Shown: positions 47,250-57,810 of the stretch, piece after piece
How the letters are laid out: each line of letters opens with the position of its first letter
Numbering within the stretch: position 1 is the stretch's first letter
Assembly (NCBI GenBank): GCA_964019335.1
Contig: OZ025730.1
Location: 248,001 to 312,000, forward strand
Direction: 5' to 3'
DNA from: Diplonema japonicum
Taxonomy: Eukaryota; Protista; Euglenozoa: Diplonemea
Length of the DNA stretch: 64,000 bases
Position numbers and translations under genes: made by a program
Notes under the pieces: generated by a model
Told to the model about the DNA's origin: nothing
The model's database searches: none
Seen by the model: the letters and a program-made list of their open reading frames with translations, nothing else

Positions 47250-47618
47250 TGTTACCTTGAAACGAACCCCCGGAATATCACCGACGGCGTGGCCAGACCT
47301 ACCCAGACCAGCGACCAGGACCTCGTCGTTCTCCTCCACGAAGTGAAGGCAACCGTCGTTGGGGACGAAGGCGAGGATCTTCTTGCCGTTCTTGATAAGC
47401 TGCACACGGACGCACTTACGGATGGCAGAGTTAGGCTGCTTGGCCTCAACACCAATCTTCTCCAGCACAATGCCCTTCACGTGCGAAGATCCACCGAAAA
47501 CGTTGGCCTTGATGGACACGCTCAAGTGCGCCTTCTTCCAGTCCTTGTCAGCCCACTTCTGGGTCCTCCTCCTCGTCTTCAGCTTACGCGCTGTGTTGAT
47601 ACCACGTGGCTTACCCAT
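47119..47618 (-). CDS. RPS23: 40S ribosomal protein S23 (uS12), copy 1; intron 47188-47255
   Basis: [24 protein letters not shown]|ISKV...KKEKPRS*. Confidence 0.97.
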
Positions 47619-47767
47619 TGTGTTTTGTTGATTTCTATTTTTTTTTTTTTTGTGCAGGAACAAAAAAAATCAGAAACTAAAAATAAAAATGAAATGACAC
47701 TTTGTTTTTTTTGTTCTCTCGAGCCCCCTCTTTTTCATCTCTCCGTCTCGAGTCCATTGATCCTTTT

Positions 47768-48256
47768 CTACGAACGGGGCTTCTCCTTCTTCTCACGGTA
47801 CAGGGCGAAGAGACCAACACCGGAAACCTTGCTGATCTGTGATTGGAAAAATGCTTGTTTTTATTCCTTTTTTGTTATTTCCTTCTACATTACCTTGAAA
47901 CGAACCCCCGGAATGTCACCGACGGCGTGGCCAGACCTACCCAGACCAGCGACCAGGACCTCGTCGTTCTCCTCCACGAAGTGAAGGCAACCGTCGTTGG
48001 GGACGAAGGCGAGGATCTTCTTGCCGTTCTTGATAAGCTGCACACGGACGCACTTACGGATGGCAGAGTTAGGCTGCTTGGCCTCAACACCGATCTTCTC
48101 CAGCACAATGCCCTTCACGTGCGAAGATCCACCGAAAACGTTGGCCTTGATGGACACGCTCAAGTGCGCCTTCTTCCAGTCCTTGTCAGCCCACTTCTGG
48201 GTCCTCCTCCTCGTCTTCAGCTTACGCGCTGTGTTGATACCACGTGGCTTACCCAT
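47768..48256 (-). CDS. RPS23: 40S ribosomal protein S23 (uS12), copy 2; intron 47837-47893
   Basis: Tandem copy with the same protein sequence and intron position. Confidence 0.97.
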
Positions 48257-48377
48257 TTTAGCTGTTTAGACCTGTGAGCGTGTGTGTGGGTAAAGTGACG
48301 GCAAAGGGTGAGTTGCTCAATACTCTTGTTCTAATTGTGTTTTTTTTCTTCTCGTTCTTAAGCATGCATGACACTAT

Positions 48378-51300
48378 TTATTTTGCCCCCCAGTACTTGG
48401 CACGAGGGCGCACGTTGTGGACATCCACAAAGAAGGGGAGGTCCGTCTTAGGGCACGTCCCCCCCGAGTGCGACAGCTGGCATTGGTAGTGTGCAACTTC
48501 CAAGTTAGGATACACCGCTATCCCAGAAGTCCCCAGCCTCTTGTTGCAGATGACACAGAGCCGGCTCAGCGGGTCGACCAGGACGCACCTGCCGAGGAGG
48601 GTCGCCCTGTCGACCTCGTGCTTGTGCTTATTCCCGAGAGCTAGGTTGTGAAGGATCTTTCCTTCTTTTTCCTCACTTGCGATGTTTCTGAACACTTGGA
48701 CCAGATACTGCTTCACCTGACGCACAGAGAGCAGATTGTGCGGGATGAGCTTGAGCACCTTACGTGGGTCGAGGGATTTTGGGATAGCGGTCAGGATGCG
48801 GAGGGCGTGGTCAGTGTTCTGCTGCCTGGCGGTAACTTCGCCTTTCTCGGGGTAGAAACAGTGTTGCAGGAGGAGGTAGAGGTACTGGTTGTGCTTCGTG
48901 ATGCCGACGAAGATGTTGCCGTGCTTGTCCTCGATGGGGATGTTGTGCACGGCGAAGAACTCGTTAGGACGTGCTATGGCTTGCTCTAAGTCGAGACAGA
49001 TGTCCGCATCCTGCTCCAGGTGCCGTGGGGAGACAGACGACATGGGCGAGTCTAGGTCGTACAGCTCTGCACGCGGTGACATACTACGAGTAGGGGAGCC
49101 CGGCTTCATGTAGTTCCCGGGTGACGGGGACCGCATGAAACTGATTGAATTGAACTTGCTCGACAAGACGCCTACAATGTGCTTTCTCAAACTGTTCTTG
49201 TACTCCTCTTCGCAGTAGGCAACCGCCTCTTCGGGTGCGCGCATGTCGTACACAAGAACCTTCAACGCCAGTTCGTGCTGTTCCGTCATGGCGTACACCG
49301 CCACGCCCTCTGCGACAAGCCCTGCAGCGTGCAGATGAGCTAGAATCTTCACCGGATCATACAGCATGGGGTCGCCTTTCAGGTGCATCTTTAGCCTTCT
49401 TCTCAGGTCGCCAAGGTAACCTGCCTCCTTCCCAGCCGGCACACTTTGCATGACTCCCTGCACTTGCGGCGGGAGGAGCTTTTTGATACAAGAAATGTAC
49501 ATCAGAGCCAGTTGTGTATGGTATCTCTTCTCATCTGTACGATGCATGCCGAAGATCAGGAACTCCAGGTATGGGAGGACCACATCGTCTGGGTAGGTGG
49601 AGAGAGTGTACAAGACACGTTTGGGATCCAATGCGGGCTCCCTCTCGACACATAAGGCACGCACAGCTTCCTCCGGCGAGTGCTGCAACACCCATGGGAG
49701 GTATTCTAGAACGAGACCTGAATCCTCGCCGTTGCAGTGGCGCAGTGCGAAGCATGCTTCGGCTACGCCGTTCTGGCCTTCTTCTTGGTGCGCACCGCCA
49801 TTGCCGAGCTCGTGCAGCATCTGAAGAGCCTCTGCAACGAGGCCGTTGTGGACCTTGAGCAGCGCAAGGCATCGGTACTTCTTCTTCTCGTTCAGCAGGC
49901 TCGCACAGTATGAGAACTCGAGACAGTTTCCATCACGAAGGATCTCTTGCACCTCGTCGTCCGACTCTTTTGAGTTCTCGTTGTACAGCTCAAGGTACTT
50001 CAGCAGCAGTGCCGTATCCACCGCACGGTGCTTAGGCAGGACCTGGCTGGGGTCTTCGTACGGGCACCTGACGTAGTGCAGGTAGTTGTACAGCTCGACA
50101 GACGCGTTGCGAGCGAGCTCTGTTTTGCTCCTGTTGATGTTCAACCCGTGAACCACTTCCCGCAGGTTGCGTCTGTTGCCCCGCACGCCGTCCATGTACG
50201 CCTCAAGGGACTTCTGCATGGCGTAGAGGGACAAGATCTCCCTCTCGTCAATGTACTCTGGGTCGATGTCGTGCGCACAGCGGAAGAACTCGAAAGCCAG
50301 GGTGAACTCTCCTTTGTCAAACGCCGCGAAACCTGCAACCTTGTAGAGGTGGCACTTGATGAGGTCCTCACGACCATCGTCCCCAACCCACGTCGCGTTG
50401 AAGAGATCGAGCGCCTCGTCGATAGCCTTGGAGGTCCCCTCTTGTGCAAGACGGATCAGCTGTGTCAAGTAAGGATCCGGGGATATCTGCCACACTGACG
50501 ACCCTGCACACAAGAACACATCACCCTCTATACTGTCCATCCCCTCGACAACAGGGAGGCCTCCTATCGTGTAGTACCGATGTGTCAGGTGACAGAAGAT
50601 GGAAATCTGCGTCCGTTGCTTCACCAACCCGAACAGGTACAAGAAGGACGGCACGTGCAGGACTTCGATGGAAGCATCCCATTTGATTTCCTGCTGCACC
50701 GCCTCACCTGTCTGCCTGCTGACGTACTGCGTGTATGGTGTGCTTCCTTCCAACTGCAACAGCATATTGTCACTGGCAGAGATGATACTTGGGAGGGATC
50801 TCGGACGCCTGTCGTGATGGTGAAGGTTTGTCTTCCCGGTGTTCAGGTCTAGGATACGATACTCTTCCTTGGTGCAGATGCAGAGCAGAGCGCTGTCCAG
50901 ATGGACCTTGAGGATATCATTACCCTTGCTGGTTGTGAGAAGGGCTTCGGTGTCTGGTTCGATATTGAGAGGAGCGACGCTTTCTGTTGTGTATTGGTAC
51001 AGAAAGACACGTTTTCTTGTAGCAGCAGCGAGACGGTGCTCGTCACCATGGTACGTGGTCAGCGAAGTGGAGATGACCCCCTTCAGAAGGGTGCGCTTCT
51101 CTTCATATATGAAGGTTCGCTTCATGTCCCTGTTAGCCTCGAGCTTGTCAAGACTGTGCATACCGACGACTCCGTCGCAGGTAGTGAAGATCTTCTGGAG
51201 CTCTTCGTCAACCACTACTTCTGTCACTGCTTTTTTTCCTACTTTGCTCTCATTGTCGACACCAATGCGGCCCCAGCACCTCACCTCCCCTCTTTCATAC

Positions 51301-51503
51301 AGGTCTTGCCAATCTTCCAATAGCTCGTAGCTCCCCACGGCCCCCACCCCACCCACCACATACACCAGGACGCGGCCATCGTCCGTCCCCACTATCACCC
51401 TCCTCCTCCCTCCAGTATTTACCGCTGCTAGACATGTGTACGCTACACGGGGGTCTTTAAATATCTCCTTTTTTTGAAACGGGCACAGATCCTGTTTTCG
51501 CAT
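48378..51503 (-). CDS. Vps39/Vam6/TGFBRAP1-like tethering subunit
   Basis: N-terminal CNH-like region, YLEFLI...YHTQLALMY, HELALKVLVYDM, C-terminal CVICNKRLG...YPN...HYQC. Confidence 0.85.
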   Translation of the reverse strand: MRKQDLCPFQKKEIFKDPRVAYTCLAAVNTGGRRRVIVGTDDGRVLVYVVGGVGAVGSYELLEDWQDLYERGEVRCWGRIGVDNESKVGKKAVTEVVVDEELQKIFTTCDGVVGMHSLDKLEANRDMKRTFIYEEKRTLLKGVISTSLTTYHGDEHRLAAATRKRVFLYQYTTESVAPLNIEPDTEALLTTSKGNDILKVHLDSALLCICTKEEYRILDLNTGKTNLHHHDRRPRSLPSIISASDNMLLQLEGSTPYTQYVSRQTGEAVQQEIKWDASIEVLHVPSFLYLFGLVKQRTQISIFCHLTHRYYTIGGLPVVEGMDSIEGDVFLCAGSSVWQISPDPYLTQLIRLAQEGTSKAIDEALDLFNATWVGDDGREDLIKCHLYKVAGFAAFDKGEFTLAFEFFRCAHDIDPEYIDEREILSLYAMQKSLEAYMDGVRGNRRNLREVVHGLNINRSKTELARNASVELYNYLHYVRCPYEDPSQVLPKHRAVDTALLLKYLELYNENSKESDDEVQEILRDGNCLEFSYCASLLNEKKKYRCLALLKVHNGLVAEALQMLHELGNGGAHQEEGQNGVAEACFALRHCNGEDSGLVLEYLPWVLQHSPEEAVRALCVEREPALDPKRVLYTLSTYPDDVVLPYLEFLIFGMHRTDEKRYHTQLALMYISCIKKLLPPQVQGVMQSVPAGKEAGYLGDLRRRLKMHLKGDPMLYDPVKILAHLHAAGLVAEGVAVYAMTEQHELALKVLVYDMRAPEEAVAYCEEEYKNSLRKHIVGVLSSKFNSISFMRSPSPGNYMKPGSPTRSMSPRAELYDLDSPMSSVSPRHLEQDADICLDLEQAIARPNEFFAVHNIPIEDKHGNIFVGITKHNQYLYLLLQHCFYPEKGEVTARQQNTDHALRILTAIPKSLDPRKVLKLIPHNLLSVRQVKQYLVQVFRNIASEEKEGKILHNLALGNKHKHEVDRATLLGRCVLVDPLSRLCVICNKRLGTSGIAVYPNLEVAHYQCQLSHSGGTCPKTDLPFFVDVHNVRPRAKYWGAK

Positions 51504-52779
51504 TTTTTTTTTTCTCTCCTCCCCCCTCCTTTTTTTTGTTTTGGAATCTTTTTTTGAAGTAAAGGACCAGAAGAAAGAAAAAAAAAGAAGAAGAAGCGTA
51601 AGAGAGGAAATAGTACGCCCGCAGCACTGACAGCGGCACCCTGACACAGAAGGCGTCAGACATTCGCACAGGATGACATCCAGAGCCAGGGCGTCACTCA
51701 GACTGGCAAGAAGAGATGTCTCAAACACACAACGAAATGTTGGATTTTATGTCTGACAAAGGTGTTGAAACCGGAAAGACAAAACTGCCAAGAAAAGGCG
51801 GTGGGTGAAGAATACAGAAGAATCGAAAGCGCTACCGACGGCCGTTGCAAAGGCGCAGTGGAGTGAGCAACACGAAGCGATGCGAAAAGGAACAGGGCAC
51901 ATCAGAGGGACGGAATCTCCGGCGAGCAAAGTGAGGATCACAACCCCAACAGGAAAGACTCGTCACTAACTTAAGATGTAAAAAAAATAACTGACCTGCA
52001 AAAAAAAAAAAAAAAAAAAAAAAGTTTTTCTATTTTCATTTCCTTTTTGAGACGTAAAGAAAAGGAGAAGGAAAAAAAAAAAAAAAAATCGAAAGGGTGG
52101 AACAGGGGAAAGTAGAAGGCCTTCAATACCACCGCTAACTGGTAACGGGGTGTGGGGTGTGGAGGGGCTACCTATTGACCCAACTTCGCTCAACAGACAA
52201 GTGGGAGTTTTTGCCACTTTGCCCCCTAAAAAAGAGGAAAAAAAATAAGAAAAAAACTGACAGAATTATTCTTGGGGGGTCAATGAATGCCCCCCCTCCA
52301 CACATACACAACACACAGCAATAAGTATAAGAAAAGAATTAAGAAAAAAAAAAAAAAAAAAAAAAAAACTGACATCAAGGCATCTAGGTTCACGTTTTCG
52401 CGCTCACCAGCTAGTCCTTCGTCCTGTCCCGTAAGAATGAAAGAAAAAAAAAACCCCTTCCCCCCTCTCCACGCATTGTACGCTTGCGAGATATAAAATT
52501 CGTACGCGTTTCTTTTTTTTCTTTTCTTTTTTTTCGTTCTTTTCATCCTCCCTCTCCTTTAATTCTCCCCCCCCCCCCCCCCCCCCCGGGGGTCAAACAC
52601 AACTTTTCGCAATTCCGGAAAAGAAAAAAAAAAGAGGAAAAAAAAAGTTGGAAAGACATGAGAAGACACCGAACAGCAGTAAATAAAATATGAAATAAAA
52701 AAATAAAAAAAAAGCCAACATATTGAGCGAGGGAAAAAAAAAAGAAAAAAAAAAAAAAAAAACAACAACAACACTGAAT

Positions 52780-53440
52780 TCATTTTAACAGGATGTCCAG
52801 TGGGGTGGGGGAGGGCTTCTTCTCGGGGGGCCTTGCCAACGGGTCAATGTGCACCACGTCCCGATCGATGAGGAGCTGTATTGCCATTCGGAAGACGTCC
52901 TTCACACCTATCCCGGAGTAGGGGTCGGCAGAGGTCACGGCAGTGATACGAGGGTGGGCAGCATGAACGTTGAGCTCAGGAGGTGGTGGGGAAAGGAAGC
53001 ACACTATAATCTGCGTGTCTGTGAGGCAGTGCGGTGTGTTCTCGTCCACGAGCTCAGTAATTGAATTCAGAAGGACATCCTGTTCCACGCCGCTACCTTG
53101 CACGCAGACAACCAACACCTGCACCCCAGACAGGTATGTGGGCATCAATGAAGTGTATCTCACGGACCCACTGCAGTCCACAATGTCCAGTGTCCCTTGT
53201 GTCACCTCCTGCACATTGTACCTGCAGCACTTCACGATGGGGCTTGCTGTGTACTTCTTGCTCCGGACCCTCCCCCCGGCCGTTTCACCCATGTGGCCTT
53301 CCTGGTCCCACTTCCCGAACACAAAATTGTTGACCAGCGACGACTTCCCTACAGTCGGTGGCCCCACGATGCCCACCTTCACCGGGTTCATGATAATCTC
53401 TTGTAACCGTTTGTGCAGTAGCTTAAAGCGCTGTGTGGGT

Positions 53441-53477
<37 letters not shown>

Positions 53478-54181
53478 TGTAATGAATATACCTTCTTTCT
53501 ATCGCTCGCCAACCGTTGGCAGTACTTGTGATACAAGCTCATAGGGTGCACCAGCAACGCACCGCTGATCCCTATGGGATATTTTTCCACACTGCCACCA
53601 CTTGCAGGGGAAGGGTAGTCCTGCCCTTCGGACATGGGGGAACCAGGTGTGGAGGAGCAGACGGAAGAGAACCGTGGGATCTCTGAGCTAACAGGTAAGG
53701 CGTACCCGAGAGCAGCCCACAGCGGGTCCTCCCGGCAGATGAAATAAAAATTCCGACAGGACGAGCCGATTGTGGAGAGGGTTTGGTGGATGGTGAGGTA
53801 GCTGAGAATGGAGTAGAAATGCTGTTCCGTGAGCAGCGAGAAGCTGGACCCCTTCATGGAAACGGTGCTCCCGAGGGAGCGCTCCTTGTAGTTCTTGACA
53901 ACAGGCTGCTGGTAGTCGGCGTAGCAGCCCAGGCACACTCTTACATCATATGCGATATCGTCCTCTTTTGGCAGTGAAAGCGCTTTGTTTGAACAGTTCT
54001 GGCAGTAGATCTGCCCGCACACTCTGCAGTGGTGCTTTCTCACTGTAAAGGTAAACTCTTCTTTACACCTCTTGCACATGTCAATATCGGCATCTTTCAC
54101 CCATTGTCGGGGGTGCACGCACCTGGGGACCGTTTTGTAGTTATCGACTGTTGCGTAGCGAGGGTACATTTGAAGCTCCAT
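52780..54181 (-). CDS. FYVE + F-box-like + divergent Ras-superfamily GTPase fusion; intron 53431-53491
   Basis: WVKD, RKHHCRVCG, RVC; F-box-like ILSYL...SCRNFY...DPLW; in-frame GT-AG join to GPPTVGKSS and DCSG. Confidence 0.75.
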
Positions 54182-54203
54182 TCTGTCGGACTGGGAGTAG
54201 AAT

Positions 54204-54237
<34 letters not shown>

Positions 54238-54827
54238 TCAACAACATACCGCAATCGGCATTTGGGTTGCTTCGTTGTCACGCTTCTTCTTGCTCTTTGA
54301 TTTTGACATTCACTGTGTTTGTGTTTGTTCCCTCTCCTGGTGGTGGATGTGGAGAGAGAAATCTGTTTGGGGGGGGGGGGGGGGGGGGGGAATGAAACAG
54401 AAGAGAAATGAGGGTACAAACACAAGTTATTAAAAAATTTTTTTGTTGCGTGTTTTGGTTGTTTTGGGGGTTGTTGAAAAGTGGTCCTTCCCTTTTTTTT
54501 TTTTTTTTTTTTTTTCCCTCCCCTTCTATCGACTATTTTTTATTCGTCTTTAGAGGGGGGGGGGGGGGGGGGTGCTTTTTTTCTTTTACCAGAAAGGTTA
54601 CGTTTATTCTCCTCTCCTTTCCCTCTCCCACAACGTGGGGGATAAAAAAAAAAGAGAATCCTCCCACTCCATAGAGGGAAAAAAAAGAAGAAGAAAGAAA
54701 AGAGAAGGAATAATTTAATAATAATGGGAATGAGAAAAAAAAAAAAAAAAAAAAAACTTCCAGAGAGAGAATAAAGAAACAATACAAAAAAAAAAAGGGG
54801 GGCCAGTACAATACTAAAATATAAAAA

Positions 54828-57500
54828 CTAAAGCCATGCCACATCATGGTCAGGATCAACGGAGCCCCGCCGCAAAGTAGGATTCTGCCCGCTTCTGTCC
54901 ACCGATGCACGAGCAGTGGTAGGAGGCGGGGCTGTCGGGGGTGGAGTCGCATCGTCGTCATGCGTGTCGTCATACCCCGCTCCACCGCCAGAATTCTTAT
55001 CCTCATCAAGAGACGCAAAAGCAAGATCCAAAGCAAGAAGCAGAGGCGGTTCAGAAGGATTTCTCGCAGGCCGACAAATCGTGAAGGTGTGCTTCCCACC
55101 AGAAGAACAGCACGCTAGATCCATAATAGTGGTGATATACTCGTGGTCCACCCTCAAGAGAATGTCCCCAACACACGCATCACAATCTGACTCTGAAACA
55201 TAGAGTATTTTGTGATACCTTTTACTTGGCAAGTTTGGGATCACGATGGTAAGCTCGGATACTTTCATCGAGTCGCCACGTTCTTGCGCGCCCATGTACA
55301 ACTCGTGGGTGGTTTTAACTTGTGCGGCGACACCTGCTAACGTCAGCTTTTCATCGATATCTCCTATTTCCTGAACAATGTTCTCAAGCTCGCAACGCCG
55401 GCGTTCTGAGCTCATTAGATTCCTCATCAAATCCGGGTAGGAGAGATCGTCACCACCACCTACCACCCCATCGCCTTGGTCACGACGGGCACCCAAGACC
55501 GCAGTTCTGACAGAAGCATGTCTTGCATATTTCACCTCGGTTTCTTGTTCGTATTTTAAATGCGACGCTGCCTGGACGAGGTCGTCTGAGGTTGATATGA
55601 TCTGCCCGTTTACTTCGATTATAACGTCGCCTGGAAGAAGCCCTGCTTGTTCGGCTTTGCCATTGGGGTGCACTGCAGCGAGGCGGACACCGTCAGTGTT
55701 GTCGGACTCTTCTGCGGTGATGCCAAGCTGCGTTCGTCTCGGCGACCCGGGTTGTTGTTGTTGTTGTAGTTGTTGTTGTTGTTGTTGTTGTAAGGTGAAT
55801 AACCTCCAAGCGCGGTATTTCGAGTTTGCGATCCTCCAGTTCGCTCCAGCGGACAGTACCACTGCGATCTTGCGTCTTGTTTTGTTGTACGCTACTATCT
55901 GTTCCTCCATGTCGATGATCTGCTCCTTGAGGTCGTCAGCTGATGTGTCGTCTTGGGTCGACGTCCGCTTGACTTCTTCGAGGTCGTCCCGGAATATTTT
56001 CAAGTCGGATTTCATCTTTTCCTCCAGCTCTTTGTTTTTCACGGTGAGTTTTTTGTTCTCGTTTTCTAGCAAGGTGAGGCGGTTGTCTTCGGGTTCGGAG
56101 TCTGTGCTGTACACTGACCGAGGGCTTCCTGTCGGCGCTGAGGCTGTTCCGGGGTTGCTGTTAGACATTACATCCACAGTGAGGGGGGTCTTTTGCATTT
56201 GTAGTTCTTGGAGCTGGGATTTGAGAGCAGCCACTTCGCGTCTTGCTGTGAGGAGTTGTATTTTTGCCTCACCGCCGTCGTCGTTGCTGCTGTCGTTTGG
56301 CTTCTCCCCTGATTTTTCGTATTTTTGCAGTTTCGCAGCAAGAACATTCTTCTCCTTCTGTGCCCTGTCGCGTTCCCTCGCAAGGATCTCGTTTTCTTTT
56401 TCCACCAGGCTGATGTCGGCGACAGGGGAACGCCTTGCTGGCGATGATTTCGCATCGGTTATTTGCTTCTTCAGCTCTCGAATCGTCTTCGCGTCCTCTT
56501 CCGCTGCCGATTCGAAAATCTCACTTTTCTTTTTCAGCTCGCTTATCTCGATCTCAAGGGTGGCGCGTTGTGCCGCCGCCTTGTCCCTCTTATTGTCGGC
56601 ATCGCTGTCCCCTATCTTCTCCTTCAGTTCTTGGATGGTCTCTGCATCGCGGTCTGCTTCTTTTTTTAAATATTTCACCTCGTTTTTCAGCCTCGCCACA
56701 TGGTCGACACCCTCGTCCTCTCGGATGGACGATTTGAGGTTTGCGTTTTCGCTTTGTTCGTCGTGCAGCCGGGTCCTCAATCGCAGCACTTCGTCCTTTA
56801 AGGATTTGTTGCTCTCCACCGCCCCTGTCGCAGTGTCGGAGTGGATGGCGCGCAGCATCTCCAACGCTGCTTCCTCCGATTTCAACCTTGATTCGAGCCT
56901 GTCGACCTTTTCTTGATCCTTGTCGTGCACAATGCGGAGTCTTTCAAGCTCGCCATGTACAGGCGACGACATGCTAGCTTGTTGGGAGGACTTTTTGAGC
57001 ATCTCTCGCAGGTTCTCCGTTGTGTCCCGTTCCGCCTGCAGCTCCTCCATGACGCGGGTGAGGTTTGGTTTTCTGCTCAGCTGGTACCGGAGGTCTTCGT
57101 TCGCCGACTTCAAAGCGGAGTTCTCTTGCGCGAGCATCTCTACCTCAGTGGGGACAGGGACAGTGAACGGTTTTGATCTCAAAGGGGACGAAGACGTTGT
57201 GGGAGGGCGTTTCGTCTCAAATGGTTCGGGTTCCGTCATCCCGATGACAGCGTGCTTCGCGGCAGTGAACTCAGAGGGCGAGAGCTCCCCCTCGTGGTGC
57301 AGAGTGGACAGCTCTTTTAACTCTTCCGCCAGTTCCTGTCCCATGACACTGCCCACAGATCCTTGCCGCACACCTGGAAACGTTGACACTGCAGGGTATA
57401 ACCCCACACTCGATGGACCATCCTCCAATTTCGGGCTCCCTCCAAACGTTTCCACAGGCCGCAGAGGCGACGGCCTCCTGCTTGGCCTCCGTACCAGCAT
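54828..57500 (-). CDS. SHOCT + coiled-coil + PDZ protein
   Basis: LKELSTLHHEGELSPSEFTAAK; LGI...AEQAGLLPGDVIIEVNG; poly-Q. Confidence 0.8.
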   Translation of the reverse strand: MLVRRPSRRPSPLRPVETFGGSPKLEDGPSSVGLYPAVSTFPGVRQGSVGSVMGQELAEELKELSTLHHEGELSPSEFTAAKHAVIGMTEPEPFETKRPPTTSSSPLRSKPFTVPVPTEVEMLAQENSALKSANEDLRYQLSRKPNLTRVMEELQAERDTTENLREMLKKSSQQASMSSPVHGELERLRIVHDKDQEKVDRLESRLKSEEAALEMLRAIHSDTATGAVESNKSLKDEVLRLRTRLHDEQSENANLKSSIREDEGVDHVARLKNEVKYLKKEADRDAETIQELKEKIGDSDADNKRDKAAAQRATLEIEISELKKKSEIFESAAEEDAKTIRELKKQITDAKSSPARRSPVADISLVEKENEILARERDRAQKEKNVLAAKLQKYEKSGEKPNDSSNDDGGEAKIQLLTARREVAALKSQLQELQMQKTPLTVDVMSNSNPGTASAPTGSPRSVYSTDSEPEDNRLTLLENENKKLTVKNKELEEKMKSDLKIFRDDLEEVKRTSTQDDTSADDLKEQIIDMEEQIVAYNKTRRKIAVVLSAGANWRIANSKYRAWRLFTLQQQQQQQLQQQQQPGSPRRTQLGITAEESDNTDGVRLAAVHPNGKAEQAGLLPGDVIIEVNGQIISTSDDLVQAASHLKYEQETEVKYARHASVRTAVLGARRDQGDGVVGGGDDLSYPDLMRNLMSSERRRCELENIVQEIGDIDEKLTLAGVAAQVKTTHELYMGAQERGDSMKVSELTIVIPNLPSKRYHKILYVSESDCDACVGDILLRVDHEYITTIMDLACCSSGGKHTFTICRPARNPSEPPLLLALDLAFASLDEDKNSGGGAGYDDTHDDDATPPPTAPPPTTARASVDRSGQNPTLRRGSVDPDHDVAWL

Positions 57501-57810
57501 CAGGGGGAACGCAACCCTTTTCCACCACCGTGCCTTTGTTAGTTGAGTAGGGGTTTTTTTTTTTGTGATAAGTAGAAATTATGCAATGCAATAACGAGTG
57601 GGATACGGAGCAGATACATAGGGAAACGAGGGGGCGGGGGAGATGGAGAAGGGGAGAAAAAAAAAAAAAAAGAACAAACAGAATTTCGAAGAAAGAAGAA
57701 GAGAAAAAAAAAGAGAGAAAAAGAAGAAAAAAAAACCGGTTAAGATATACAGAATGGAGGAGGTGGAAGGGGGGAAAAAAAGGGGGGGAGAAAAGGAGAA
57801 AAAAAAAAAT

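Noticed and set aside
51600-51965. Upstream extension of Vps39 or a snoRNA cluster
   Set aside because: No convincing coding signal or properly paired C/D boxes.
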